32,000 bases of DNA from contig NZ_LN831024.1 of NCBI RefSeq assembly GCF_001457615.1, forward strand, positions 1,350,001 through 1,382,000. Direction: 5' to 3'. Made by a program: the position numbers and the translations under genes. The notes beneath the pieces are model-generated. The model searched no databases. It was not told the origin of the DNA and saw only the letters and a list, made by a program, of their open reading frames with translations. This document shows, one piece after another, positions 8,996-21,641 of the stretch. Source of the DNA: Pseudomonas aeruginosa. Its GTDB lineage: Bacteria > Pseudomonadota > Gammaproteobacteria > Pseudomonadales > Pseudomonadaceae. Each line of letters begins with the position of its first letter. Position 1 is the first letter of the stretch.

Positions 8996-11212
8996 TTAGA
9001 AACGCTTGCGCAACAGTCGCAGACCGTTGAACACCACCAGCAGGCTGGCGCCCATGTCGGCGAATACCGCCATCCATAGGGTGCCTTCGCCTGCCAGGGT
9101 AAGGGCGAGGAACACCGCCTTGATGCCCAGGGCCAGGGTGATGTTCTGGACCAGGATCGCGTGGGTGGTGCGCGACAGCCGGACGAATTGCGGCAACTTG
9201 CGCAGGTCGTCGTCCATCAGCGCGACGCCGGCGGTCTCGATGGCCGTGTCGGTGCCCGCCGCGCCCATGGCGAAGCCGATGTCGGCGCGGGCCAGGGCCG
9301 GCGCGTCGTTGATCCCGTCGCCGACCATGCCGACCCGCGAGCCGTCGGCCTGGCGCGCTTCCACTTCACGCAGCTTGTCCTCCGGCAGGAGGTTGCCGCG
9401 AGCTGCGTCGATGCCTACCTGGGCAGCGATGGCGGCTGCGGTGTGCGGGTTGTCGCCGGTGAGCATCAGGGTCTTCACGTCCAGCGCGTGCAGCTCGCGG
9501 ATCGCCTCGCGGCTGCTGTCCTTGACCCCGTCGGCGACGGCGAAGAGGGCCCGCACGCGCTGCGGATCACACAGCGCGATGACCGTCTTGCCCTGGCGCT
9601 CCAGGGCGTCCAGGCGCTCTTCCAGGGCCGGCGAGCAGAGGCCCAGTTCCTCCACCAGGCGATGGTTGCCGAGGTGGTAGAGGACGCCGTCGATGCGTCC
9701 GCTGACGCCTCGTCCCGGCAAGGCAGCGAGGTCCTCGACCACGCCCAGGGCAAGGCCGTCCTCTTCCGCTGCGTTGGCCACGGCGCGCGATACCGGGTGG
9801 TCGGAACGCGCGGCCAGGCTGGCGGCGAGCAGGCGCGCATCCGTCCCGTCAGCCTCCGCGATCGGCAGGTAGTCGGTCTGTTGCGGTTTGCCATGGGTGA
9901 TGGTGCCGGTCTTGTCGAGGGCGACCCAGGACAGCTTGCGCCCGAGTTCGAGGAACACCCCGCCCTTGATCAGGATGCCCAGGCGCGCCGCGGCGGAAAG
10001 GCCGCTGACGATGGTCACCGGGGTGGAGATCACCAGCGCGCAGGGACAGGCGATCACCAGCAGCACCAGGGCGCGGTAGATCCAGTCCAGCCAGGCGCCG
10101 CCGAACAGCAGCGGCGGCAGCACCGCGGTGGCGAGGGCGATGAGGAATACCACCGGGGTGTAGACGCGGGCGAAACTGTCGACGAAACGCTGGGTCGGTG
10201 CGCGGGAACCCTGGGCTTCCTCCACGGCGTGGATGATCCGGGCCAGGGTGCTGTCGTCGGCGCGGCGGGTGACGCGGTACTCCAGCGCTCCCTCGCCGTT
10301 GATGCTGCCGGCGAACACCGGCTCGCCGACCTCCTTCTCCACCGGCAGGCTTTCGCCGGTGATCGGCGCCTGGTTGACGCTGGAGCGGCCGCTGGTCACC
10401 TCGCCGTCGAGGGCGATGCGTTCGCCGGGCTTCACGCGCACGGTGGCTTCCAGTTCCACTTGCTTGGCCGGCAGCTCCTTCCATTCGCCGCCGACCAGCA
10501 CGGTGGCCTGTTCCGGAGCCAGTTGCAGCAGGCCGCGGATGGCGTTGCGCGCGCGATCCAGGGACTTCGCCTCGATCAACTCGGCGATGGCGAACAGCAC
10601 GCTGACCATCGCCGCTTCCGGCCACTGGCCGATGAGCACGGCGCCGGTCACGGCGATACTCATCAGGGCGTTGATGTTCAGGTTGCGGTTCTTCAGTGCG
10701 ATCCAGCCCTTGCGGTAGGTCGGCAGGCCGGCGCCGAGGATGGCCAGCAGGGCGAGGCCGGCGACCACCCAGTCCGGCGCCAGGCCGAACCATTCGACGA
10801 TCTCCGAGGCCAGCGCCATCGCGCCGGCCAGGGCCAGCGGCCACCAGGGCTTCGCCGGCGCTTGCGAGGGGCCGTCGGTATTTTCGCCGGCATCCAGCGG
10901 CACCGCCTGCATGCCGAGGCCGGCGATCAGCTTCTGCAGCGGCTCGACGCTGTCGAAGCGATGCTGGACGCGCAGCAGGCGCTGCATCAGGTTGAATTCC
11001 AGCGACTCCACTGCCGGCTGGCGACCGAGGGCGTCGCGGATCAGGCGTTCCTCGGTCGGGCAGTCCATCGCTTCGATGCGTAGGTCGCTCCAGCGCAACT
11101 CGGCGTTGCCGGCCAGGGTTCCGATGGCGGCCACTGCCGGGCGAGGCGCGTGGCGGTGCCCATGATCATGTCCGTGACCGTGACAGCAAGTGTCGGCGTG
11201 TTCGTGGCTCAT
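8996..11212 (-). CDS. zntA: Heavy-metal (Zn/Cd/Pb) translocating P-type ATPase
   Basis: About 738 aa from MSHEHADTCCHGHGHDHGHRHA (His/Cys-rich metal-binding N-terminus); TGES, VIACPCALVIST (CPC), DKTGTITHG and GDGINDAPALARADIGFAMG motifs. Symbol assigned by family resemblance. Confidence 0.95.
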   Translation of the reverse strand: MSHEHADTCCHGHGHDHGHRHAPRPAVAAIGTLAGNAELRWSDLRIEAMDCPTEERLIRDALGRQPAVESLEFNLMQRLLRVQHRFDSVEPLQKLIAGLGMQAVPLDAGENTDGPSQAPAKPWWPLALAGAMALASEIVEWFGLAPDWVVAGLALLAILGAGLPTYRKGWIALKNRNLNINALMSIAVTGAVLIGQWPEAAMVSVLFAIAELIEAKSLDRARNAIRGLLQLAPEQATVLVGGEWKELPAKQVELEATVRVKPGERIALDGEVTSGRSSVNQAPITGESLPVEKEVGEPVFAGSINGEGALEYRVTRRADDSTLARIIHAVEEAQGSRAPTQRFVDSFARVYTPVVFLIALATAVLPPLLFGGAWLDWIYRALVLLVIACPCALVISTPVTIVSGLSAAARLGILIKGGVFLELGRKLSWVALDKTGTITHGKPQQTDYLPIAEADGTDARLLAASLAARSDHPVSRAVANAAEEDGLALGVVEDLAALPGRGVSGRIDGVLYHLGNHRLVEELGLCSPALEERLDALERQGKTVIALCDPQRVRALFAVADGVKDSSREAIRELHALDVKTLMLTGDNPHTAAAIAAQVGIDAARGNLLPEDKLREVEARQADGSRVGMVGDGINDAPALARADIGFAMGAAGTDTAIETAGVALMDDDLRKLPQFVRLSRTTHAILVQNITLALGIKAVFLALTLAGEGTLWMAVFADMGASLLVVFNGLRLLRKRF

Positions 11213-11244
11213 GGAAACAATTCCCGTTTGACGTGTTGGGTGCG

Positions 11245-11275
11245 ATTGCACACCCTGTAGCAACTACAGAGTCAA
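11245..11275 (-). promoter_or_regulatory. MerR-family operator/promoter for the P-type ATPase
   Basis: Minus strand: TTGACT-CTGTAGTTGCTACAGGGTG-TGCAAT, i.e. -35 and -10 like hexamers separated by 19 bp containing a dyad (ACTCTGTAG...CTACAGGGT, 11252-11272), as is typical of MerR-type promoters. Confidence 0.8.
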
Positions 11276-11325
11276 GCGGTACTGCCAATTCGGGTAGCCG
11301 CGTCGGCGATTGGAGGAGGGTTGGC

Positions 11326-11796
11326 ATGAAGATCGGTGAGCTGGCGAAGAGAACCGGTTGCCCGGTGGAGACCATCCGCTACTACGAGCGCGAAGGCCTG
11401 TTGCCCGAGCCCGCGCGTAGCGAAGGCAACTATCGGCAATACACCCTGGCGCATGTCGAGCGCCTGTCGTTCATCCGTCACTGCCGCTCGCTGGACATGA
11501 CCCAGGAGGAAATCCGTACCCTGCTGGCGTTGCGCGACCGTCCCGAGGCGGATTGCGGCACCGCCAACCGGCTGATCGACGAGCACCTGCATCACGTCGA
11601 GGTGCGCATCGCCGAACTCCAGGCATTGCGCGAGCAACTGCGGGATCTCGGCTCACGCTGTACGGTCGCCGGCAACAGCCAGGCCTGCGGCATCCTCCGC
11701 GAACTGGAGCAGCCCGCGCCGCTGTCGCCTATCCCCGAGGAATGCGCCGAGGCCGGGCACATGCACGTTCCCGGCGTGCACCGCCGGCATGGCTGA
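11326..11796 (+). CDS. cadR: MerR-family metal-responsive regulator, CadR/PbrR-like
   Basis: 156 aa from MKIGELAKRTGCPVETIRYYEREGLLPEPARSEGNYRQY; metal-sensing cysteine context (DCGTANRLIDEHLHH...SRCTVAGNSQACGIL) and His-containing C-terminus (HMHVPGVHRRHG); divergent from the ATPase; GGAGGAGGG RBS. Confidence 0.92.
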   Translation: MKIGELAKRTGCPVETIRYYEREGLLPEPARSEGNYRQYTLAHVERLSFIRHCRSLDMTQEEIRTLLALRDRPEADCGTANRLIDEHLHHVEVRIAELQALREQLRDLGSRCTVAGNSQACGILRELEQPAPLSPIPEECAEAGHMHVPGVHRRHG

Positions 11797-11804
11797 AGCC
11801 GCGC

Positions 11805-12149
11805 TCAGTGACTGGAGGTGTCCTGTTGCGCGACCAGTTCGTGCAGGTACTTGCGCGAGAGCGACAGGAAGCGTGGGGTAGGGCCGACATCCTCATAGAG
11901 CGGATCGCCCTGTTCGTCGGTGGCCACCACCTGACTCCCCTTCACGTAGGGAAAGCTCGCCTCCAGTTCTTCCAGGGCGGCGCCGACCAGCTCGCCCAGT
12001 AGTTCCTCGACGCTGCGCCGCGGATACATCTCGTGCAGCGCGGCGAGGCGCGCGGCGCTTTCGACGTCCAGCGGGATGCTGTAGTGGTTGCGGGCCATGC
12101 GGCCCTTGGCGGTGTGTTCCCAATGGCGGACAAGCTCACGGATCTTCAT
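11805..12149 (-). CDS. Small conserved hypothetical protein, possible ribbon-helix-helix-like N-terminus
   Basis: 114 aa; HYSIPLDVESAARLAALHEMYPRRSVEELLGELVGAALEELEASFPY resembles beta-strand plus two-helix RHH organisation. Convergent with cadR. Confidence 0.7.
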   Translation of the reverse strand: MKIRELVRHWEHTAKGRMARNHYSIPLDVESAARLAALHEMYPRRSVEELLGELVGAALEELEASFPYVKGSQVVATDEQGDPLYEDVGPTPRFLSLSRKYLHELVAQQDTSSH

Positions 12150-12356
12150 GCTGACCTCTTCAGCCCGGTCGTGGCGGGCGTGTTGGGGGTGCCCTCGTGG
12201 GGCCGTGCCTCGGTGCGGGCACTTCCTTCAGACTAGACCCGATCGGCGCCGGCAGCCTCGCTTCCGGCCCGGCGGCGCCGTACTGGCACCCTGCGGGCTT
12301 GTAAGCGCGGGGGCGCCTGAGCCAAGCTGGTTTCCCACCCGCAGTGGAGACAGGTC

Positions 12357-15801
<3,445 letters not shown>

Positions 15802-15818
15802 TCCGCAGCGCTGTAGCA

Positions 15819-15844
15819 CCGACGGCCCGCTTGCGGGCCGTCGG
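15819..15844. terminator. Strong hairpin after adk, possible (weak U-tract) terminator
   Basis: CCGACGGCCCGCTTGCGGGCCGTCGG, near-perfect stem, followed by CGTTTCC rather than a long T run. Confidence 0.55.
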
Positions 15845-15904
15845 CGTTTCCGGGGCGGCGAAGGCTGGTACAATCGGCGTCTTTTTCACCACGCGGAACC
15901 GTCG

Positions 15905-16585
15905 ATGTCCACTCTGTTGGCCCTGGATACCTCCACCGAAGCCTGCTCCGTCGCCCTGCTCCACGAGGGGCGGGCGCTCAGTCACTACGAGGTGATCCCG
16001 CGCCTGCACGCCCAGCGCCTGCTGCCGATGGTCCGCGACCTGCTCGACGAGGCCGGCGTCGCCCTGTCCGCGGTGGACGCCATCGCCTTCGGGCGCGGTC
16101 CGGGCGCCTTCACCGGCGTGCGCATCGCCATCGGCGTGGTCCAGGGCCTGGCCTTCGCCCTGCAGCGCCCGGTACTGGCGGTCTCCGACCTGGCGATCCT
16201 GGCCCAGCGGGCCTACCGCGAGCAGGGTGCGGAGTGGGTCGCCGCGGCCATCGACGCGCGGATGGACGAGGTCTACTGGGGTTGCTACCAGTTGCAACAG
16301 GGCGAGATGCGCCTGGCCGGCAGCGAAGCGGTACTGCCGCCCGAGCGGGTCGCCGTACCGTGGGACGCCGCTGCCGCGGACTGGTTCGGCGCCGGCACCG
16401 GCTGGGGCTACGTCGAGCGCATGCCGCAGCGCCCGGCCGCGCTGGACGCGAGCCTGCTGCCGCATGCCGAGGACTTGCTCAGCCTGGCCGGCTTCGCCTG
16501 GGCGCGCGGCGAAGGCGTGGAGGCGGAACAGGCGCTGCCGGTGTACCTGCGCGACAACGTGGCGACGCCGAAAAAAGCGCCCTGA
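15905..16585 (+). CDS. tsaB: tRNA threonylcarbamoyladenosine biosynthesis protein TsaB
   Basis: 226 aa; MSTLLALDTSTEACSVALLHEGRALSHYEVIPRLHAQRLLPMV and AIAFGRGPGAFTGVRIAIGVVQGLAF. Confidence 0.96.
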   Translation: MSTLLALDTSTEACSVALLHEGRALSHYEVIPRLHAQRLLPMVRDLLDEAGVALSAVDAIAFGRGPGAFTGVRIAIGVVQGLAFALQRPVLAVSDLAILAQRAYREQGAEWVAAAIDARMDEVYWGCYQLQQGEMRLAGSEAVLPPERVAVPWDAAAADWFGAGTGWGYVERMPQRPAALDASLLPHAEDLLSLAGFAWARGEGVEAEQALPVYLRDNVATPKKAP

Positions 16586-16658
16586 AAATGCCGCGCAGCG
16601 GTAATTGCCAAGCCTTTCGGGGCTGGCTAGAGTGTGGAGACTTCCCCGGGTTTTGATC

Positions 16659-17006
16659 ATGCGTATCGACGGACTTTCTTCCTCTTCGTTGCCGCTGGAG
16701 CGCAGCGCCCGACCGGGCTCCGCGGTCACGCCGTATAGCGACGTGCAGCGCGAGGTCGAGGCGCGGCGCGAGCAGCCGGCGCCGGTTTCCGGCAGCCAGG
16801 GCTTCGAGCAGGCGCCGCAGGCGCGCAAGGTCCAGGCCAGTTCGGCGGGCGGCGACAGCCTGCCGGTCAGCGCCCGCGACCTGCTGGCGTTCCAGCGCCC
16901 GGTAAGCAGCCATGCGGCGATGGCCCTGGCCAGCTACAACTCCACCGCCAGCCTCAACATCGACGCCGGCGCCGAGGATGTCCTCGGCCTCGACCTCTAC
17001 GCCTGA
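16659..17006 (+). CDS. Small hypothetical protein (115 aa), Pseudomonas-type
   Basis: ATG at 16659: MRIDGLSSSSLPLERSARPGSAVTPYSDVQREVEARREQ...LNIDAGAEDVLGLDLYA*. Supported by ORF position and lack of competing genes; RBS weak. Confidence 0.65.
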   Translation: MRIDGLSSSSLPLERSARPGSAVTPYSDVQREVEARREQPAPVSGSQGFEQAPQARKVQASSAGGDSLPVSARDLLAFQRPVSSHAAMALASYNSTASLNIDAGAEDVLGLDLYA

Positions 17007-17024
17007 GCGGTTCCCTGCGCTCCC

Positions 17025-17891
17025 GTGGTTTCCCTTCCTTATTTCCTCGGTTGTCCATCCTGGAACGAGGCGGCCTGGCGCGGCAGCTTCTATCCGCGCG
17101 AATTGTGTTCCGCCGACTACCTCGGACACTACGGCGGCATCTTCAACGCGGTCGAGGGCAATACCACTTTCTATGCCCGGCCTTCGGCGGAAACCGTGCG
17201 GCGCTGGGCCGAGACGATGCCGGCGGGGTTCCGCTTCTGTGCCAAGTTTCCCCGCGATATCAGTCACGAAGGCGACCTGCGCGAACGGCTCGAGGCCGCC
17301 GGCGACTTCCTCGAACTGCTGGCGCCGCTTGGCGAAAGGGTCAGCCCGCTGTGGCTGCAACTGTCGGCGGCGTTCACCCCGCAGCGCCTGGGCGAACTGC
17401 TGTATTTCCTCGATGAGCTGAGTCCGCGACGGATTGCCGTGGAAGTACGCCACCCGGCGTTCTTCGACAAAGGCGAGGACGAGCGCCTGCTCAACCGCCA
17501 CCTGCGCGAGCGTGGCGTGGAGCGCATCTGCCTGGATTCGCGGGCGCTGTTCAGTTGCCGTTCGGACGATCCGGCGGTGCTCCACGCCCAGTCGAAGAAG
17601 CCGCGCCTGCCGATCCGTCCGGCGGCCTTCAGCGATACGCCACAGGTGCGTTTCATCGGCGGTCCCGACCTGCCGGCCAACGAGGTGTTCCTTTTGCCCT
17701 GGGTCGACAAGGTGGCCGACTGGATCGAGGCCGGCCTGACTCCATACGTATTCCTGCATACCCCCGACAATCACCTGGCGGCCCAGCAGGCCCAGCGTTT
17801 CCATGCGCTGCTGGACCAGCGCCTGCCAGGCTTGCCGGCGCTACCCGAGCCGATCCCGGCCCCGGAAGTGGAGCAACTGGGCCTGCTCTGA
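17025..17891 (+). CDS. DUF72 (YecE-like) family protein
   Basis: 288 aa, GTG start; GCPSWNEAAWRGSFYPRELCSADYLGHYGGIFNAVEGNTTFYARPS and FCAKFPRDISHEGDL, C-terminal FLHTPDNHLAAQQAQRFH. Confidence 0.88.
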   Translation: MVSLPYFLGCPSWNEAAWRGSFYPRELCSADYLGHYGGIFNAVEGNTTFYARPSAETVRRWAETMPAGFRFCAKFPRDISHEGDLRERLEAAGDFLELLAPLGERVSPLWLQLSAAFTPQRLGELLYFLDELSPRRIAVEVRHPAFFDKGEDERLLNRHLRERGVERICLDSRALFSCRSDDPAVLHAQSKKPRLPIRPAAFSDTPQVRFIGGPDLPANEVFLLPWVDKVADWIEAGLTPYVFLHTPDNHLAAQQAQRFHALLDQRLPGLPALPEPIPAPEVEQLGLL

Positions 17892-17963
17892 GCGCGGCGC
17901 TCGACGCTCCGCCGGCCTGCGCCTAGGCTAGGGAGTCCTTTCCCCGCCACGGAGCCCGCCGCC

Positions 17964-18788
17964 ATGACCAGCCAACGCCAACGCGCCGAACGTTTCCGCG
18001 ACCTGCACCAGGGGCCCGGCATGCTGGTCCTGCCCAATCCCTGGGATGCCGGTTCGGCGAAGATGCTCGCCAGCCTCGGCTTCGACGCCCTTGCCACCAC
18101 CAGCGCAGGCCTGGCGTTCTCCCTGGGCCGGCGCGACGCGGAAGGCGCGGTGAGCCGGACCGAGGCGCTGGAAAACGCCCGGGCGATCGTCGCTGCCACC
18201 GATCTGCCGGTCGCCGCCGACCTGGAAAACGGCTACGGCGATGCTCCGCAAGACTGCGCCACGACCATCCGCCTGGCCGCCGAGGCCGGTCTGGTCGGTG
18301 GTTCCATCGAGGATGCCAGCGGGCGCGCCGGACAGCCCATCTATGAGTTCTCCGCCGCGCTGGAGCGGGTCGCTGCCGCGGTCGAGGCGGCCCGTGCGTT
18401 GCCATTTCCGTTCACCCTCTGCGCCCGCGCGGAGAACTTCCTGCATGGTCGCGAGGATCTCGACGACACCCTGCGGCGTCTGCGCGCCTACGCCGATGCC
18501 GGCGCCGATGTGCTCTACGCGCCCGGTTTGAACCGCCGCGAACAGATCGTCGCGGTGCTCGAAGCGGTGGCGCCGAAGCCGATCAACGTGCTGGTCGGTT
18601 CGCCGCGCCTGGAGCTGTCGCTGGACGAGCTGGAAGCCCTCGGCGTCAAGCGCGTGAGCCTGGGCTCGAATCTTGCCCGGGTCGCCTTCGGCGCTTTCCA
18701 TCAGGCGGCGCAGGCGCTGGCGCGGCGCGACCTGGAAGCGACCCGTGCGGCGATGCCTTTCGACCGTATCAACGACCTGTTCCGCTGA
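17964..18788 (+). CDS. Isocitrate lyase / phosphoenolpyruvate mutase family protein
   Basis: 274 aa; LPNPWDAGSAKMLASLGFDALATTSAGLAFSLGRRD, VAADLENGYGD, VGGSIEDASG and FTLCARAENFL. Confidence 0.88.
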   Translation: MTSQRQRAERFRDLHQGPGMLVLPNPWDAGSAKMLASLGFDALATTSAGLAFSLGRRDAEGAVSRTEALENARAIVAATDLPVAADLENGYGDAPQDCATTIRLAAEAGLVGGSIEDASGRAGQPIYEFSAALERVAAAVEAARALPFPFTLCARAENFLHGREDLDDTLRRLRAYADAGADVLYAPGLNRREQIVAVLEAVAPKPINVLVGSPRLELSLDELEALGVKRVSLGSNLARVAFGAFHQAAQALARRDLEATRAAMPFDRINDLFR

Positions 18789-18792
18789 ACCC

Positions 18793-19488
18793 GTGCGCCG
18801 CCTGGCCTGGTTGCTGCCATTACTGCTGCTGGCGGGGGCCATCGGCGCCCTGCGCTACCAGTGGCTCGATCTGCCGGCGCGCTGGAATCCCTGGCTGCCG
18901 CTGGACGTGCGCGAACCGCCGAACCTGCTGACCCGCTACAAGCTATGGCGGCTGGCCGACGACCGGAGCCTCTGCGACGCCGCCCTGGCCACCTCGCAAC
19001 TGCGCTACCAGCGGGTAGCCGACGACCCGCCATCGGCTACCTGCCCGTTGAGCAACAGCCTGCGCGTGCGTGGGGCGGCGCTGGAGTTGAGCAGCAGCTT
19101 TCTCGCCAGTTGCCCGCTGGCGGTGAGCTATGCGTTGTTCGAGCGGCACGTGCTGCAACCGGCAGCCCTGGACATCTATGGCCAGCCGCTGGCGCGGGTC
19201 GAGCATGTCGGCAGCTTCGCCTGCCGCAACGTCTACAACCGCGAGGACGGTCGGCGCAGCCAGCATGCCTCGGCCAATGCCCTGGACATCAGCGGCTTTC
19301 GCCTGGTCGACGGGAGGCGGATCCGCCTGGCCACGGACTGGGCCGGCGAGAGCGCCGACGGGCGCTTCCTGCGCCGCGTGCGGGACGGCGCCTGCGCCAG
19401 TTTCAATGCGGTGCTGGGGCCCGACTACAACGCCGCCCACCGGGATCACTTCCACCTCGACATGGGCCTATGGAAGGTCTGCCGGTGA
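18793..19488 (+). CDS. Extensin-like C-terminal domain protein
   Basis: Likely GTG start 4 bp after the upstream stop; [25 protein letters not shown]-terminal hydrophobic segment; [29 protein letters not shown] and [15 protein letters not shown] motifs. Confidence 0.88.
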   Translation: MRRLAWLLPLLLLAGAIGALRYQWLDLPARWNPWLPLDVREPPNLLTRYKLWRLADDRSLCDAALATSQLRYQRVADDPPSATCPLSNSLRVRGAALELSSSFLASCPLAVSYALFERHVLQPAALDIYGQPLARVEHVGSFACRNVYNREDGRRSQHASANALDISGFRLVDGRRIRLATDWAGESADGRFLRRVRDGACASFNAVLGPDYNAAHRDHFHLDMGLWKVCR

Positions 19489-19543
19489 GCGCGTGCGGGT
19501 CAACTCTGGCAAAATCCGCGCTTTCCCCGACGATTGCCCGACC

Positions 19544-20329
19544 ATGACCGATTCCGCCGCTCCTCGCCTGCATGTCCAAGCCCTGTCCGCCGGTTGCGCC
19601 GAGGCTGCGCGGCGCTGGGCGGAGCGGCTCGGCCTGCCGCTGGCGGCGGACGACGAGGCGGAGTTCGCCGTGCAGGTCGGCGAGCAGGGCTTGCAGGTCT
19701 TGCAACTGGGGGCGGACTCCCCCGGTCCGGTGCGGGTCGATTTCGTCGAGGGCGCCAGCGCCCACCGGCGCAAGTTCGGCGGCGGCAGCGGACAGATGAT
19801 CGCCAAGGCGGTCGGCGTCCAGCCAGGCATCCGTCCGCGGATCCTGGACGCCACGGCCGGCTTGGGCCGGGATGGGTTCGTCCTCGCCAGCCTGGGCTGC
19901 GAGGTTACCCTGGTCGAGCGCCAGCCGCTGATCGCCGCCCTGCTCGAGGATGGCCTGGAGCGCGCCCGGCGCGATCCCGACGTGGCGCCGATCGCCGCGC
20001 GGATGCGTCTGCTCGGCGGCAACTCGGCGGACCTGATGCGCGCCTGGGATGGCGAGGCGCCGCAGGTGATCTACCTCGACCCGATGTTTCCCCATCGCGA
20101 CAAGAGCGCATTGGTGAAGAAGGAAATGCGTCTGTTCCGGCCGCTGGTGGGCGACGATCTCGACGCCCCGGCGCTGTTGCAGGCGGCCCTGGCCCTGGCC
20201 AGCCACCGGGTGGTGGTGAAGCGCCCGCGCAAGGCGCCGATCATCGAAGGGCCCAAGCCCGGCTATAGCCTGGAAGGCAAGTCCAGCCGCTACGACATCT
20301 ATCCGAAGAAGGCCCTGGGCAAGGGCTGA
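19544..20329 (+). CDS. rsmJ: 16S rRNA (guanine(1516)-N(2))-methyltransferase
   Basis: About 261 aa from [14 protein letters not shown]; [69 protein letters not shown]. Confidence 0.93.
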   Translation: MTDSAAPRLHVQALSAGCAEAARRWAERLGLPLAADDEAEFAVQVGEQGLQVLQLGADSPGPVRVDFVEGASAHRRKFGGGSGQMIAKAVGVQPGIRPRILDATAGLGRDGFVLASLGCEVTLVERQPLIAALLEDGLERARRDPDVAPIAARMRLLGGNSADLMRAWDGEAPQVIYLDPMFPHRDKSALVKKEMRLFRPLVGDDLDAPALLQAALALASHRVVVKRPRKAPIIEGPKPGYSLEGKSSRYDIYPKKALGKG

Positions 20330-20357
20330 GTGTCGACACCGCAGGGAGGCGGCGAGC

Positions 20358-21635
20358 ATGCAGCAGACCATCGATTGTCCGATTCGCCGGCGCCTGGCGC
20401 ACCTGCCCTGGGCCAACGACGGGCGTGCCGGTGTCCGCCACTGGCTGGAGATGCAGCGCGATCCGCTGGCCTGGTTGCAGAAGATGCACGTCGCGCAGCC
20501 GGACCTCGCGGTTGCCCGCATGGGCCCGCAGCGCCTCTGGTGCCTGTTCCATCCGCAGGCGGTGCAGGAATTGATGGTCGATCGCCGCGATGACCTGCAA
20601 CGCTGGCAGCCGGCGCTGTGCATGCTGAAACAGTGGAACGGGCGCAGCTTCATGATGCGCGAGGGCGCCCCCGCCCAGGCCCGGCGCAAAGAAGTACGGC
20701 CGCACCTGGCGCCGCCGCCGGCCAGCGAGGTTCGCCGCCTGGCCGCGGAGTGGGGCGAGCGGGTGGAGGAGGGGCGCGAATACGACCTCGACCTGGAAAT
20801 GGCTGCGTTCAGCGTCACCCTCAGCGGTCACGCGCTGTTCGACGTCGACCTGCAACCGTCGGCCTATCGGATCGCCAAGGCGGTGCGCCTGCTGTCGCGG
20901 GTGGCATTGCTGGAAATGAGCACCGGCCTGCCGCTGGGCCACTGGTTCCCGAGCAAACTGTGCCCGCGCAAGCGCTGGGCGCTGGGCCAGTTGCGCGAGG
21001 CGGTGGGCGAGGTGGCGGAGCGCTCGCCGCGGCCGCTGGCGGACCTGCGCGATGAACTCTGCACCCTGCTCATGGCGTCCCACCAGTCCACCGGCGTGAC
21101 CCTGACCTGGAGCCTGTTGCTGCTGGCCCAGCGTCCCGAGTTGCTCGCGCGGCTACGCGCCGAGCTGGCGCGAGTGAATTGGACGGCGATCCGCTCGGTC
21201 GCCGACCTGCGCGATTGCGCGCTGCTCAGGGCGGTCCTGCAGGAGTGCCTGCGCCTGTACCCGCCGGCCTACGGCCTGGCGCCGCGGCAGGTGACGGCGG
21301 ACATCGAGGTGTTCGGCCAGCGGCTGAAGCGCGGCGACGTGACCATGGTCTCGAGCTGGATCACCCAGCGCGATCCCCGTTGGTTCGAGGCGCCGCTGGA
21401 GTTCCGTCCCGAGCGCTTCCTCGAACCGGCGCGCTGGCCGCGCGGCGCCTACTTCCCCTTCGGCCTCGGCGACCGCGCCTGCCCCGGCACCGCGATGGCG
21501 ATGATCGATCTGGCGGCGGCGCTGGCCTACTGGGTCGAGCACTGGGACATCATGCACGACGGCGACCTGGCGCCGCGCGGCTGGTTTTCCCTGCGTCCGC
21601 AGCGAGCGCGGGTGCGTTTCCGCCGTCGCGCCTGA
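20358..21635 (+). CDS. Cytochrome P450
   Basis: 425 aa; heme-binding loop FGLGDRACPG (FxxGxxxCxG), I-helix-like MASHQSTGVTLTW, K-helix ECLRLYPP (ExxR). Confidence 0.93.
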   Translation: MQQTIDCPIRRRLAHLPWANDGRAGVRHWLEMQRDPLAWLQKMHVAQPDLAVARMGPQRLWCLFHPQAVQELMVDRRDDLQRWQPALCMLKQWNGRSFMMREGAPAQARRKEVRPHLAPPPASEVRRLAAEWGERVEEGREYDLDLEMAAFSVTLSGHALFDVDLQPSAYRIAKAVRLLSRVALLEMSTGLPLGHWFPSKLCPRKRWALGQLREAVGEVAERSPRPLADLRDELCTLLMASHQSTGVTLTWSLLLLAQRPELLARLRAELARVNWTAIRSVADLRDCALLRAVLQECLRLYPPAYGLAPRQVTADIEVFGQRLKRGDVTMVSSWITQRDPRWFEAPLEFRPERFLEPARWPRGAYFPFGLGDRACPGTAMAMIDLAAALAYWVEHWDIMHDGDLAPRGWFSLRPQRARVRFRRRA

Positions 21636-21641
21636 GCTGCC

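Noticed and set aside
9161-11083. 640-aa plus-strand ORF opposite the P-type ATPase
   Set aside because: Mirror-frame artefact; the minus strand carries all P-type ATPase motifs.
11326-12149. cadR plus the adjacent small RHH-like gene considered as a toxin-antitoxin or defence pair
   Set aside because: The genes are convergent, cadR is clearly a metal-responsive regulator paired with the divergent ATPase, and no toxin-like partner is present.
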